DNA of 62,103 nt from a virus (taxonomy: Duplodnaviria > Caudoviricetes). Shown here piece after piece: positions 48,891 through 58,246 of the stretch. The stretch covers positions 1 through 62,103 of the IMG/VR virus record IMGVR_UViG_3300034104_002314. The stretch is one strand, 5' to 3'. A model generated the notes under the pieces. It worked only from the letters and a program-made list of their open reading frames with translations. It ran no database searches and was not told the DNA's origin. The stretch's first letter is position 1. Every line of letters starts with the position of its first letter. The position numbers were made by a program, and so were the translations under genes.

Positions 48891-49269
48891 CTTTAATAAA
48901 CTTACTCAAATCTGGTCTAAAGTATCCAGGACCTTTAAGTATTTTTCCATCTTCTCTCAATACAGGTTTACCGTCATCACCTAACTTACTCATATTACTT
49001 TCTTGTATTTCATCAAATACCTCTTCTATAATATGCTGCATACCATGTTTAAGGATTGTACCACATAAAATATACAACTGGTCTCCTAAAGCATCTGCTA
49101 TTTCTACTAATGAGTTTTTGTCACATGCATCAAGATACTCATTATTTTCTTCAGCCATGAGTTTATGTCTAAGCACTACTTCATCTGGTCCTAAATTTTG
49201 TGGCCATGTTCCATTTTCCTGTCCAAAAGCTTCATGAAACTTTTTTACAGCTTGTAATTGTTTTTCCAT
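48862..49269 (-). CDS. MazG-like / all-alpha NTP pyrophosphohydrolase
   Basis: EENNEY...EIADALGDQLY...SNMSK...REDGKILKG. Confidence 0.9.
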   Translation of the reverse strand: MEKQLQAVKKFHEAFGQENGTWPQNLGPDEVVLRHKLMAEENNEYLDACDKNSLVEIADALGDQLYILCGTILKHGMQHIIEEVFDEIQESNMSKLGDDGKPVLREDGKILKGPGYFRPDLSKFIKVDTDASSDI

Positions 49270-49284
49270 AATGTAAAGATAAAG

Positions 49285-49313
49285 AAAAAAAGGGGATACA
49301 TTTCTGCATCCCC
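49285..49313 (-). terminator. Rho-independent terminator
   Basis: GGGGATGCA-GAAA-TGTATCCCC followed by T7 on the - strand. Confidence 0.85.
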
Positions 49314-49348
49314 GATTGATTATTAACCCTGTTTAACAAAACAGGCTC

Positions 49349-50608
49349 CTAGAAAAAGTCAGGGGTGTTATCCTCTTCTTCTTCAATTTCATTAAAGTCA
49401 AGATCAAAATTATCTTCTTCAGCAAAAGCACCATCTAAGTTTTCTTCTACTATTACTGCTTGTTTAGTGGTTTCATTAAGATCAACTATGTCAAGTCTAA
49501 CTTCTTTACCCCATACTAAATCTTCAGCTTCAGTCTCAAACTTTTGACTTATAGCTTCAGTAACTTCCTCAGTAAATGTTTTATTTACTATAGGAGCTTC
49601 AAAAGTATTACCGGCTGGATCAGTATAGTTAACTATACCTTCTGCTTCAAATTGAATATGATCTTCTTCAGTTGGTTCAAGACTTAATACATCTTCCTCA
49701 GCTTCAGTAATATCTAGGATGATTTCCTCTGACTGGTGCAAATCATCTGCACAAATAGCCTCATCTTGCACCACTTCTTCTGAATTCTCTATTTCAGCAA
49801 TCTGATCAAGAATATTAGTTTGATTTGGATCTTCATATAAAGGATCTACAACTGGAATAAGAGGTATTTGTGTAACAACTGGTTGAACTGGTTGACTAAA
49901 GTCACAAATTGTCCCTATAAAGTAATGCAAGATTCTTTGGTCTTCCATCCAAGTTTTAGGATGTGATGACTGAAGTGCATTAGTTACAAAGTTATAGAAA
50001 GCCCATAAGCTATCAGTATTCTTAAATACTTGTTGTGGTCTCTTCATTTGATCCCTAATCATACTAGCTTGCTCAGTTGTAAGAATCTCATACTCAGCAA
50101 ATAACACACCCAAAAGCTGAGACTGTTTTCTTCTATTTAGAGTAACTAATTCCATAGCAACTTTATCAGCACATAGCTGATTATAATACATATATGCATT
50201 GGTGATATAATCATCAATAGTCTGTTTTACTTCTGTATCTGCAGTACCTGTGTGTTTTCTAACCCAGCTACCTACTTCTCCAGAAATCATAACAGAACCA
50301 CTGTTGTTGATATAAGCACCAACTACACATTTAAACTTTACTTGTTTATTATAACTGTTTGTCCATGCAAACATCATTGACAACTCAGGGTCATTATTAA
50401 AATGTAATTTATAAATTCCCTGGGCAATTTGTCCATCAGCAGTACATCTGTACTCCTCTTCTACAATTCCAAACCCTGCATTAGCAAGGGCTTGATAAGC
50501 ATAATCAATAACAAACTGGTGACTAATCACCGTATAAGTGGTACCATGATTTGGTAGTGGTACACTTATTAAGTTTGTTTTTGTTGTGTTTTGTATTTTC
50601 TTTGGCAT
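49349..50608 (-). CDS. DUF932-like protein with long acidic tail
   Basis: 419 aa; TYTVISH...NSYNK...RKHTG pattern; E/D-rich C-terminus ending PDFF. Confidence 0.55.
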   Translation of the reverse strand: MPKKIQNTTKTNLISVPLPNHGTTYTVISHQFVIDYAYQALANAGFGIVEEEYRCTADGQIAQGIYKLHFNNDPELSMMFAWTNSYNKQVKFKCVVGAYINNSGSVMISGEVGSWVRKHTGTADTEVKQTIDDYITNAYMYYNQLCADKVAMELVTLNRRKQSQLLGVLFAEYEILTTEQASMIRDQMKRPQQVFKNTDSLWAFYNFVTNALQSSHPKTWMEDQRILHYFIGTICDFSQPVQPVVTQIPLIPVVDPLYEDPNQTNILDQIAEIENSEEVVQDEAICADDLHQSEEIILDITEAEEDVLSLEPTEEDHIQFEAEGIVNYTDPAGNTFEAPIVNKTFTEEVTEAISQKFETEAEDLVWGKEVRLDIVDLNETTKQAVIVEENLDGAFAEEDNFDLDFNEIEEEEDNTPDFF

Positions 50609-52522
50609 TTAAAATAAACTTAATTGATTTACATTTGGTTCTAAACCTTCTATTTCTTTCTTAATATTCTCAAGATAGTACTTGTAATTAACCTCATACT
50701 CATCAAAATCCATATCATCTATGTGGTTAATATAAATTTGCTGAAGCCATTTACCAGCCTCAATATTTATCTCTCTACCATCAGACTTATTAATCTTCAT
50801 GATCTTAGATCCCGTATTACATACATAATATCTTAGGGTGTGTTGTAATTCTTTTTCAGTATACACACCATTCTTAATACATCTCTCTACATATTTCCAA
50901 TCACCCTTAATCTTCTTGCCTCCACAGTAATCAAAGATATTTCTGTTGGATTTAAGATAGTCTTCAGGCTGGATACCTTCTACAAAATATGCATGTAAAG
51001 CTTTAGGTATAACTAAAAAACTCTTGTTTTTATGCAGAGCCAAGTCAGCATACTCAAATCTACCTTTACATTTAGACTTACCATCCTCAGTAACAGCAAT
51101 ATAATTATTTACATCACCTAGTACTAGTTTACTGTATGTATCATGCTCTAGTTGAAGATTAGTCATCCTCTCCCATATCTTACAGATTTCCATATATTTA
51201 TCCATCTGGTCTCTTGGAATCATTGTTTCCAAACCATCTGTATTTTGCATTAGAGGAATAGATCCGGGGATACCTTCACAAATCATCTCATACAACATAG
51301 TAAGACTAAGCTGACCATTGATAGTAATCTTCATAGTAAACTCTGGGTCATATAGGAAACTATTCTCATCATTGCTGAGACCATATGTAGAATTCAAGAT
51401 AATCTTATATACATAATTTTTTGGGTCCTTTTTAGGTATGATTGTTCTTTCATCAAAGAACCATTCATACTGAGTACAGAATTCCTCTTGTGGTAAATGT
51501 GCCGGAGCCCATCTGTTTCTAATAGCTAGATTAGGATAAAAACTTGTAACATCTGAAGTCATTATAACCATATCTTCATTAGAGTTATATACCTTACTTG
51601 TTCTAGCACCATGAATACCACCCAGACCATAATCTGTTTTAACTCCCTTATATTGTACAGAATACTTAAATCCACCTTTTGTTTCTCCAGTATTGATTAC
51701 TACATCCTGGAACTTTTTCAGAAGATGCTGGAATGTTGCTGTCTCAAAACTTATGTAAGGTAGTATGATATCTTTTACAACAATCTGCTCCCTCTTAGTT
51801 CTCATCTGACGGAGATCATATTTCTTGATACCAGTTTGTTTACTAAGGAAATGTAGAAACAACTCTTTAGCTATCCTTGGCTCAGAGGCTGAGAACAAAT
51901 CTATACCATATTCCATAGTTAGTGCTCTTCTCAATTCTATCTGACCCTTACTTAAACTCATTATTTGTTTAGTAGACCGGACATCATTAATACAGTAGTT
52001 TACTATAGATGCTATTTGACCTTCTGTAACTTCAGCATAGTGTGGAATTGGCATGTCTTTTATGTTCTTCCAATCCATTGTATACTGAATCCACTTCAGG
52101 CTTGATCTTTTAGCAGCATTATCCCAGTGATTTAGTTTAAATACATCTATCTGTCTAATACTTAACTCTCTAGAACCAAATTCAGCAAACTCACCATTAT
52201 TACTTCTTTGAATAGTAGCTTGTGCTTTCTGATAAATAAATCTAGCAATAGTCTCACCATCTTGTTCCAGTAACTGTTCTTTATTCCGGAGAATATGTTC
52301 AGTAATCTGGCTGTCAAATGCAAGACCATTAAAGCTAACATGCCACTCATCAAGAGTTATATTTCTCTCAAGGAATGTTACTAGTTCTAGTATATCATTT
52401 TGTGATTTGTGACAGATAAAAACTTCTCTGTGCTCAGACTTTACATCTTCAAAGACTCCCAAAAAACAATTGGATAAAGTCTCCCAGTCCATGACCCAAT
52501 GGGTTCTATTTACATTTTTCAT
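50609..52522 (-). CDS. polB: Family B DNA polymerase
   Basis: Exonuclease motifs DWE, FNGLAFD, YCINDV; polymerase motifs DVTSFYPN, KIILNSTYG, NTDG; C-terminal QLSLF. Confidence 0.92.
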   Translation of the reverse strand: MKNVNRTHWVMDWETLSNCFLGVFEDVKSEHREVFICHKSQNDILELVTFLERNITLDEWHVSFNGLAFDSQITEHILRNKEQLLEQDGETIARFIYQKAQATIQRSNNGEFAEFGSRELSIRQIDVFKLNHWDNAAKRSSLKWIQYTMDWKNIKDMPIPHYAEVTEGQIASIVNYCINDVRSTKQIMSLSKGQIELRRALTMEYGIDLFSASEPRIAKELFLHFLSKQTGIKKYDLRQMRTKREQIVVKDIILPYISFETATFQHLLKKFQDVVINTGETKGGFKYSVQYKGVKTDYGLGGIHGARTSKVYNSNEDMVIMTSDVTSFYPNLAIRNRWAPAHLPQEEFCTQYEWFFDERTIIPKKDPKNYVYKIILNSTYGLSNDENSFLYDPEFTMKITINGQLSLTMLYEMICEGIPGSIPLMQNTDGLETMIPRDQMDKYMEICKIWERMTNLQLEHDTYSKLVLGDVNNYIAVTEDGKSKCKGRFEYADLALHKNKSFLVIPKALHAYFVEGIQPEDYLKSNRNIFDYCGGKKIKGDWKYVERCIKNGVYTEKELQHTLRYYVCNTGSKIMKINKSDGREINIEAGKWLQQIYINHIDDMDFDEYEVNYKYYLENIKKEIEGLEPNVNQLSLF

Positions 52523-52561
52523 ATTTTAGTTCAGTTAAGCTGTTCCCCCGTTTAATTAAAT

Positions 52562-52594
52562 AAAAAAAGAGGATGCTTGGTACACACCCTCTTT
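52562..52594 (-). terminator. Rho-independent terminator
   Basis: AAAGAGGGTG...CATCCTCTTT stem followed by a T run on the - strand. Confidence 0.7.
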
Positions 52595-52612
52595 CTAGGT
52601 TTTTGGAGTTGT

Positions 52613-52963
52613 TTAAGCTTGCTCAGCCATAAACTTCTTGTAATTAAACTTTGTATTTACTGCAAACAGTTTAATTAATTCCTCTATTGCATTTTTATCT
52701 TCTAGATAGAACTCTTGAAATACTTCAATCTTGTGTCTCTCTTGTTTCATACCTTTTGTACCAGCTACCGGTTGACCATAGTCATCTACTTTTGGTAACA
52801 TATGTAATGACACTTTTCTAATCTTAGAAATCACTACAAATACCTTAGTATCTGGATCAAAAATACATTCTACATAAGGACAAGATTCAGTAATAGGAAT
52901 CATTCTAAAAGTTTGCTTATCATTCCATGTGGATTGTACAAGCATCATTGTGTTTTCACTCAT
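52613..52963 (-). CDS. Hypothetical protein
   Basis: 116 aa ORF with AAAACCAACTAACA leader. Confidence 0.7.
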   Translation of the reverse strand: MSENTMMLVQSTWNDKQTFRMIPITESCPYVECIFDPDTKVFVVISKIRKVSLHMLPKVDDYGQPVAGTKGMKQERHKIEVFQEFYLEDKNAIEELIKLFAVNTKFNYKKFMAEQA

Positions 52964-52982
52964 TGTTAGTTGGTTTTAATTT

Positions 52983-53555
52983 TTACAAATTTACTGTTTT
53001 TTCTATACTTTCCAAGTTTGCAAGTTCTAATACTAAATTTTCCCTTTCAAAATTTGGTTTGTCACATAGCTCACCTACTGACTTTACCAGTTCAACAGGT
53101 ACATCCAGCAACTCCGCATATAACTTAAAATGAGGAATAGGAAATAAATAACTATTTACATAATAATAATTACCACTATTGCTATCAAAGAAATCCAGTA
53201 TTCTACGCTTTATTTTTATATCCATTTTGCTATACCTACCATTTATAAAATGGTCCCAATCATCACTCAAATCAGAAAAATCAAATGTGAATACACTTGT
53301 CACAGCATCAGCCTTAACATAATCACAAAGTCTAGAGTGTCTCAATAAGACATTCTTTTCAAAGTTAATATACTCAGCATCAGTGCGGCTGTGATAAACA
53401 CATATTAATTTCATATCCTCAGTGGTAAGTGTATTCCCCCAAGAAACATAAGTTTCCTTTGGTACTACACTTGTGCCCCTTTTAATGTCCAAGAGCGGAT
53501 ATAAAAATATCTTGGACTTCTGAAAGTACTTCTTATAAAGCGTGCTAATAACCAT
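52983..53555 (-). CDS. Hypothetical protein
   Basis: 190 aa ORF within the replication operon. Confidence 0.7.
   Translation of the reverse strand: MVISTLYKKYFQKSKIFLYPLLDIKRGTSVVPKETYVSWGNTLTTEDMKLICVYHSRTDAEYINFEKNVLLRHSRLCDYVKADAVTSVFTFDFSDLSDDWDHFINGRYSKMDIKIKRRILDFFDSNSGNYYYVNSYLFPIPHFKLYAELLDVPVELVKSVGELCDKPNFERENLVLELANLESIEKTVNL
52986..53015 (-). promoter_or_regulatory. Bacteroidota sigma70-type promoter inside the 3' end of the upstream gene
   Basis: TTG-N19-TAAATTTG on the - strand, ending 22 nt before the ATG at 52963. Confidence 0.4.
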
Positions 53556-53558
53556 AAA

Positions 53559-54572
53559 CTACAATTTAATATTACCTACTGCTAAGTCATATGGTAGGTC
53601 ATATCTCTTCTGTACATAGTGCCATTTTGCTATTTCCAATACAGATCTGAAGTCACCTTTCCATTGACTCATTGTTTCATGTGAGACTTGGAAAGGATAA
53701 ACTAAATTGTATTTGTCAATTACAATAAAGGTTACTTGAACTTGCCAGTCTTTACTATCTGGTTTGTCTTTCAAGAATTTATCTGAAGCTAGAATAGTAT
53801 AGATAACTGCTTGTATCCAATACTTGTAGTATTCAACAGATTCAGGAAAATCTTGTACAGACTTACCAGTTGTTTTGAGGTCATTGATAAAAATTATCCT
53901 TGCCTCGTTGTCAACAACAACATTGTCAAGTACTCCGTGTAAACCAAAAGGTAATTTGTCATGGTCAACCTTAATATACAACTCATTATAGGTTTCAATG
54001 TGGGTGTCTTCCTCATTCTTGTCTAGTGCTAATAAAGTTCTTATATCTTTATTACTCTTTAGTGTTTCTACCTGTGCTTTGCAGCCATCCAAAGTAGGTT
54101 GATCTACTATTGATTTGTCTAGACTATTCTTAAGGAATTCAAAATACTCTTTGTGTTCATCAGTGAGAATCTTGTCAAGTCTTTGCTGATCTGTCTTAAG
54201 ATTCTGATAAAGATTTGCTGTAAGTAGCTGTGTGAGTATATCTGTTGAGTAGTCTTCCAAAAGTAATGAATTATTTGCAACTGACAAGTGAATTCTAAAA
54301 ATATTATCAATAATTTTCTTTGGGTTATCACTTGGTAGTTTACCTGGCATACTAAGAAATTTATCATCATAGGTCTCAGGTTCAAACAGTAAACAGTGCA
54401 GGACACTCCCCCCTATGAGGTGAGCATCCTTACTGTCTTCTCTCTGGTTGAGCACATAATGATTGTAAAAAGCAGCGGGAGAATAAAGTAACTTATTCAA
54501 CCCACTGTAGCTAAAATAAAATTTCTTCTGATAGAATCTTTCCATTTCATCAGAACCATTCAAAGTCATCAT
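53559..54572 (-). CDS. PD-(D/E)xK exonuclease (RecE/DUF3799-like)
   Basis: FSYSGL...GSVLHCLLFEP...HGVLDN...INDLKTT...YWIQAVIY. Confidence 0.85.
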   Translation of the reverse strand: MMTLNGSDEMERFYQKKFYFSYSGLNKLLYSPAAFYNHYVLNQREDSKDAHLIGGSVLHCLLFEPETYDDKFLSMPGKLPSDNPKKIIDNIFRIHLSVANNSLLLEDYSTDILTQLLTANLYQNLKTDQQRLDKILTDEHKEYFEFLKNSLDKSIVDQPTLDGCKAQVETLKSNKDIRTLLALDKNEEDTHIETYNELYIKVDHDKLPFGLHGVLDNVVVDNEARIIFINDLKTTGKSVQDFPESVEYYKYWIQAVIYTILASDKFLKDKPDSKDWQVQVTFIVIDKYNLVYPFQVSHETMSQWKGDFRSVLEIAKWHYVQKRYDLPYDLAVGNIKL

Positions 54573-55884
54573 CTTTAGTTTGTGTTGTTGGATTAATATC
54601 TATTTCTTCTTCAGGTTCCTGGCTTTCCTCTTCTAATGCTATTAACTCTGACTTGAGTTCATTTCTAACAATATTAGTAAATGCATCTTCTATGTCTTCA
54701 TCAGCTAGTTCTTCCTCCTGTGCAGGCTCATTGCACACATCAGCAACGCCAGCCACCCCTGGAGACAAAGTGTTAAGATCAGCAAGGTCTCCATGAAATT
54801 CAGCTATCTCTACACCACCCTCTGGAACAAAATCTGGGAGCTCTTCATAAACATAGTTAGTATTAAGTAACTGCAGAGTTTCTTCATTAACAGTTACACT
54901 TTTTACTTTGAAAAATGTACTGTTTCCTCTTCTACCAAGTTCATCAGAATAATGCTTCATAAGAACATCTATTTTATCTGTATCAAGGACATCTTTGTTA
55001 ATAAGAGCCTTCATGATATCATCTACACTGGTATCCATGTTGCTTTTACTTTTACCTAGATAACTAAGTAAAGACTTGAAATTCACATGGTTCTTAGTAT
55101 GACAGTTGTACATTTTGCCAGCATGATCCTTAAATAACATTTCAAGATACAACAAACTATCTATATAATTACAATTAGCCATAATCTCCATTGCAAGTAC
55201 ATGATTGTCTGAATCTGAGCTCTTAAACATGTCAGAAATCTGTTGGAACATAGTTGCATCTATAGTAGCAGCATCATCACCATTAATGTGTTTAATCAAC
55301 TTACTCTCATCATAAATATCCAGGGTTAAGATATCTGGAAACAAATCTGTGTGATCACTGTCTACTGAATAATATACACTAGAGTGTCTAGAAATACTAT
55401 TATAAGTGTATCTTTTTACAGCTGCTAATTCTGAATTTCTTAACTGACCAGCTGCAGAATAATCTATAATAACTACATCTTCAGTATAAAACTCTAAAGC
55501 TTGTGTAAGATTTTCTTTATAATAATCATCTATTACAAGTTCAGGGTCTAGAAGAATAGCTCTAACAGCTGAAGTTTGTATAGAATAATACCAAGCTCCA
55601 CTTGTAATCTTATCTTTAGTATTCTTACCAGCAAAGATATGTGTAGCATCATTTATATTTCTGACAGTTTTAATACCATGTTGCAAAGATAAGTCTTTTA
55701 GTTTTACTCTAGGTATATTAACCCCCGGTAGAAAATAAAGCTTATCTCCTTTTGACGGGGTGTAATCCTTATCAGTTGCAGTTACTATGTTTGTACTACT
55801 ATCAGCACAATATAAAGGTTCAACCTTTATGATTAGCTCATTGGACATTGCATCTACTTCATAAATATGTAAGTATGTTTTCAT
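54550..55884 (-). CDS. Hypothetical protein with possible BRCT-like N-domain and acidic tail
   Basis: 444 aa; LYFLPG...GIKTVRNINDATHIFAG resembles BRCT; C-terminus DDDFEWF. Confidence 0.6.
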   Translation of the reverse strand: MKTYLHIYEVDAMSNELIIKVEPLYCADSSTNIVTATDKDYTPSKGDKLYFLPGVNIPRVKLKDLSLQHGIKTVRNINDATHIFAGKNTKDKITSGAWYYSIQTSAVRAILLDPELVIDDYYKENLTQALEFYTEDVVIIDYSAAGQLRNSELAAVKRYTYNSISRHSSVYYSVDSDHTDLFPDILTLDIYDESKLIKHINGDDAATIDATMFQQISDMFKSSDSDNHVLAMEIMANCNYIDSLLYLEMLFKDHAGKMYNCHTKNHVNFKSLLSYLGKSKSNMDTSVDDIMKALINKDVLDTDKIDVLMKHYSDELGRRGNSTFFKVKSVTVNEETLQLLNTNYVYEELPDFVPEGGVEIAEFHGDLADLNTLSPGVAGVADVCNEPAQEEELADEDIEDAFTNIVRNELKSELIALEEESQEPEEEIDINPTTQTKDDDFEWF

Positions 55885-55979
55885 TCTTTTAAGTTTAATA
55901 AGGGGAGTTTTATCTCCCCCTATGTTTGTTTTAATTAAATTCTAAGTTCCTTTTGGTGGGGAACTGCTTGATGTTTGCT

Positions 55980-58234
55980 TTACTTGACAGCCATCTTCAC
56001 CACGTCCTGATTCATCATGAGCTGAGAAAACTTAACTTTGTTACCATTAACAATCTCTTTGACCATATAATATCTAAGGTCATCAGTGAATGCTTCACAG
56101 TCAGTAGTAAGTTTAGCTATCCTGTCAATGATTGGTTTACCTACTGAACCTTTGTCAGCTAAAGTAAGAGAATAGTTAATCACCCTGGTAGCAATAACAC
56201 TAGATATGTCAGCCCGGAAATCATCATCCTTGCCTACTGCATTGGTTAAGCTATTCATTACATACTGCTCATCTTTAGTCAGAATGTCTACTGGAGAAAT
56301 AATCCTATCTAGCTTATTATTAATAAACATAGTAAACATTGAACTAAAGTCTACACCAACAGAACCCTCACCAATCATTTGGATTAGAGGCAGGTCTGCT
56401 TCAAACTTCTCAATAGAACTAATAGCATTAAAGAAAGTAGTAATAGCTCTTGGATTAACTCTTTGAGTTACCAATTCTGGGTGCATCAACATGAAGTTAA
56501 TACATCTACCATCTATGTTTGCTTTCTCTGCCCACTTAGCCCATACATCAGAATCATACTTTAACTCAACAGAGATAAATCTAGTCTTCTGAGCAACATC
56601 TAGACTGGTTACATTATAATCACCATTGTCTGGATTAGTAGTCAAGATTACATGCCAGTTCTTTGGTAGCTTCCAAGATACATATTCTTGTCTGTCTAAT
56701 ATCTCCATGGTTGCTTGCATAAATCTTGCATCAGCTCTGGTATAATCATCAAGAATCAAGAAACCACCTTCACCTTTACCCTGAATCCATTCAGGAGCAG
56801 CATGTGACATTCTCTTTCCTACAACTTTATAACCTTTAGCACTTGCTGCAGATATTTGAGATTCATTAATCCATCTTGTCTGACCTTCAGCATTTGCAAT
56901 TTGAAATTCTTTTACAGGAAACCCAACCAAGTCACCCAATTCTTCTAACTGAGATAAATTAAGCTTTACAACTTCCATTTGCAATTCTTTACCCAACTGC
57001 ATGATTGCAGAAGTTTTACCACATTTTGTTATCACAAGGCTCTTTATCCTTGTTTCTATAGCTTTCACTATAGTTCAGACTATATCTTCACTATTTCTAG
57101 TGTTGGGCACTCTTGGGTATATTATATTCTATATTTCTATAGTTTCAATACCTAGTCGTTGAACCTTTCCAGACCATTTAAGTCTAGACTTGGCTGCTGA
57201 TTATCCATTAGGACATCTTTGTTATTTTCAAGCATTCACACTTACCGTTTCCAGTTATGTTGTAGCTAACAAAGCTTTAGGAACTCCCAGCAATTCACCC
57301 AATTTTTACCCTGGACCTGGGTAAAATGTATATCTTAAACCATCATAGTAATTACCTTTCTTAATTCTTATTGACATTGCAGAGTGACTAATGCCTAGAT
57401 TACTAGCTACATTAGAAACTCTTTGCCATTCTTGAACTAAAGTGTTGTTTTCATCAAATACATAAACTTTCTTTGTCTTATCTGGTTTAATAGAAGACTC
57501 CTCTAGTTTATCTTTCAATTCATAACTCCATCTATAATTCTTACAAGAAAAACCTTTTCCTGAAGCAACTCTTGAAACTTTACCTTTTGGTAGGTTTAAT
57601 TGTTTTTCTGCTTCAGCACAAGATTCATAAGATTTAAGGTAAAAACCATTTATGTTATACTGATGAACAGTTTTGGATATAGGATTCTTTATTCTTTTAG
57701 AAGCATAAGCTTCTTTTAATGTTGTAGAAATTTTAAGTAATGTTTCATTACTATGTATAACTGCAACAGGATCTTGAATAAAGTTCAAATCTGGAGTCAT
57801 AGACTGTATATAATAAGCTTCAGTTTTAACTAAAACTGCTTTACTACACTCTTCTATAACTTCAAACTCAAAACTATCCTTTCCATATTTATTAAAAGCA
57901 TTTTGCATATACTTGTTTGCATGTTTGTTTTTTAGCAAATCAGATATATGTCTTTTCAGCCTATAATAAATATTAATACTACTTCCAATATAACTGTGAT
58001 CATTACAAGTAATTCTGTAAATACCACACTTTTGGTTTAAGTCTTTGTGTAAACACTCTGAAATTAATTTCTTCATGTTACAAAGATATACATTTATTTT
58101 GAATTAAGCCCAGCATCACCCTCAATATTTACAGCTACAGGTACTTTACCTTCAGCTTGGATATGTTGGTTATTACTAACCATATGTTTAATAAAATCCT
58201 TTAACTCATTTACATTTAATTGTACTTGATTCAT
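55980..58234 (-). CDS. MoxR-like AAA+ ATPase, spliced: exon 1 58234-58107, exon 2 57021-55980 (389 aa)
   Basis: Joining GGG CT|T GGT AAA ACT restores Walker A GDAGLGKTS; Walker B LILDDY, sensor TTNP and Arg finger KTRF are present. Confidence 0.9.
57022..58106 (-). ncRNA. Group I self-splicing intron (1085 nt)
   Basis: Exon ends in U and intron ends in G; core elements P AATTGCTGGGA, Q AATCAGCAG, R GTTCAACGACTA, S AAGATATAGTC; guide GGUCCAG pairs with exon CUGGGCU. Confidence 0.93.
57306..58076 (-). CDS. Intron-encoded GIY-YIG homing endonuclease with NUMOD1-like repeats
   Basis: CGIYRIT...YIGSS...R...H; two C-terminal repeats (KTVHQYNING..., KKVYVFDENN...). Confidence 0.9.
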   Translation of the reverse strand: MKKLISECLHKDLNQKCGIYRITCNDHSYIGSSINIYYRLKRHISDLLKNKHANKYMQNAFNKYGKDSFEFEVIEECSKAVLVKTEAYYIQSMTPDLNFIQDPVAVIHSNETLLKISTTLKEAYASKRIKNPISKTVHQYNINGFYLKSYESCAEAEKQLNLPKGKVSRVASGKGFSCKNYRWSYELKDKLEESSIKPDKTKKVYVFDENNTLVQEWQRVSNVASNLGISHSAMSIRIKKGNYYDGLRYTFYPGPG

Positions 58235-58246
58235 AATCTTTAATTT

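Noticed and set aside
31796-52522. Inteins in the RNAP or PolB
   Set aside because: No C/S...HN splice motifs or LAGLIDADG blocks; the RNAP has no internal Cys and PolB is of normal length.
53559-54572. Cas4-like nuclease as a sign of a CRISPR system
   Set aside because: Lacks the Fe-S cysteines and any cas context; it is an ordinary phage PD-(D/E)xK exonuclease.
52530-55972. GGGGAAC[AT]GCTT similarity between two intergenic regions on opposite strands
   Set aside because: Only 12 nt with a mismatch, and one copy is simply a hairpin arm; likely chance.
57022-57068. ORF-track start of the AAA+ ATPase (MKAIETRIKSLVITKC)
   Set aside because: This is intron sequence; the true N-terminus is exon 1 at 58234-58107.
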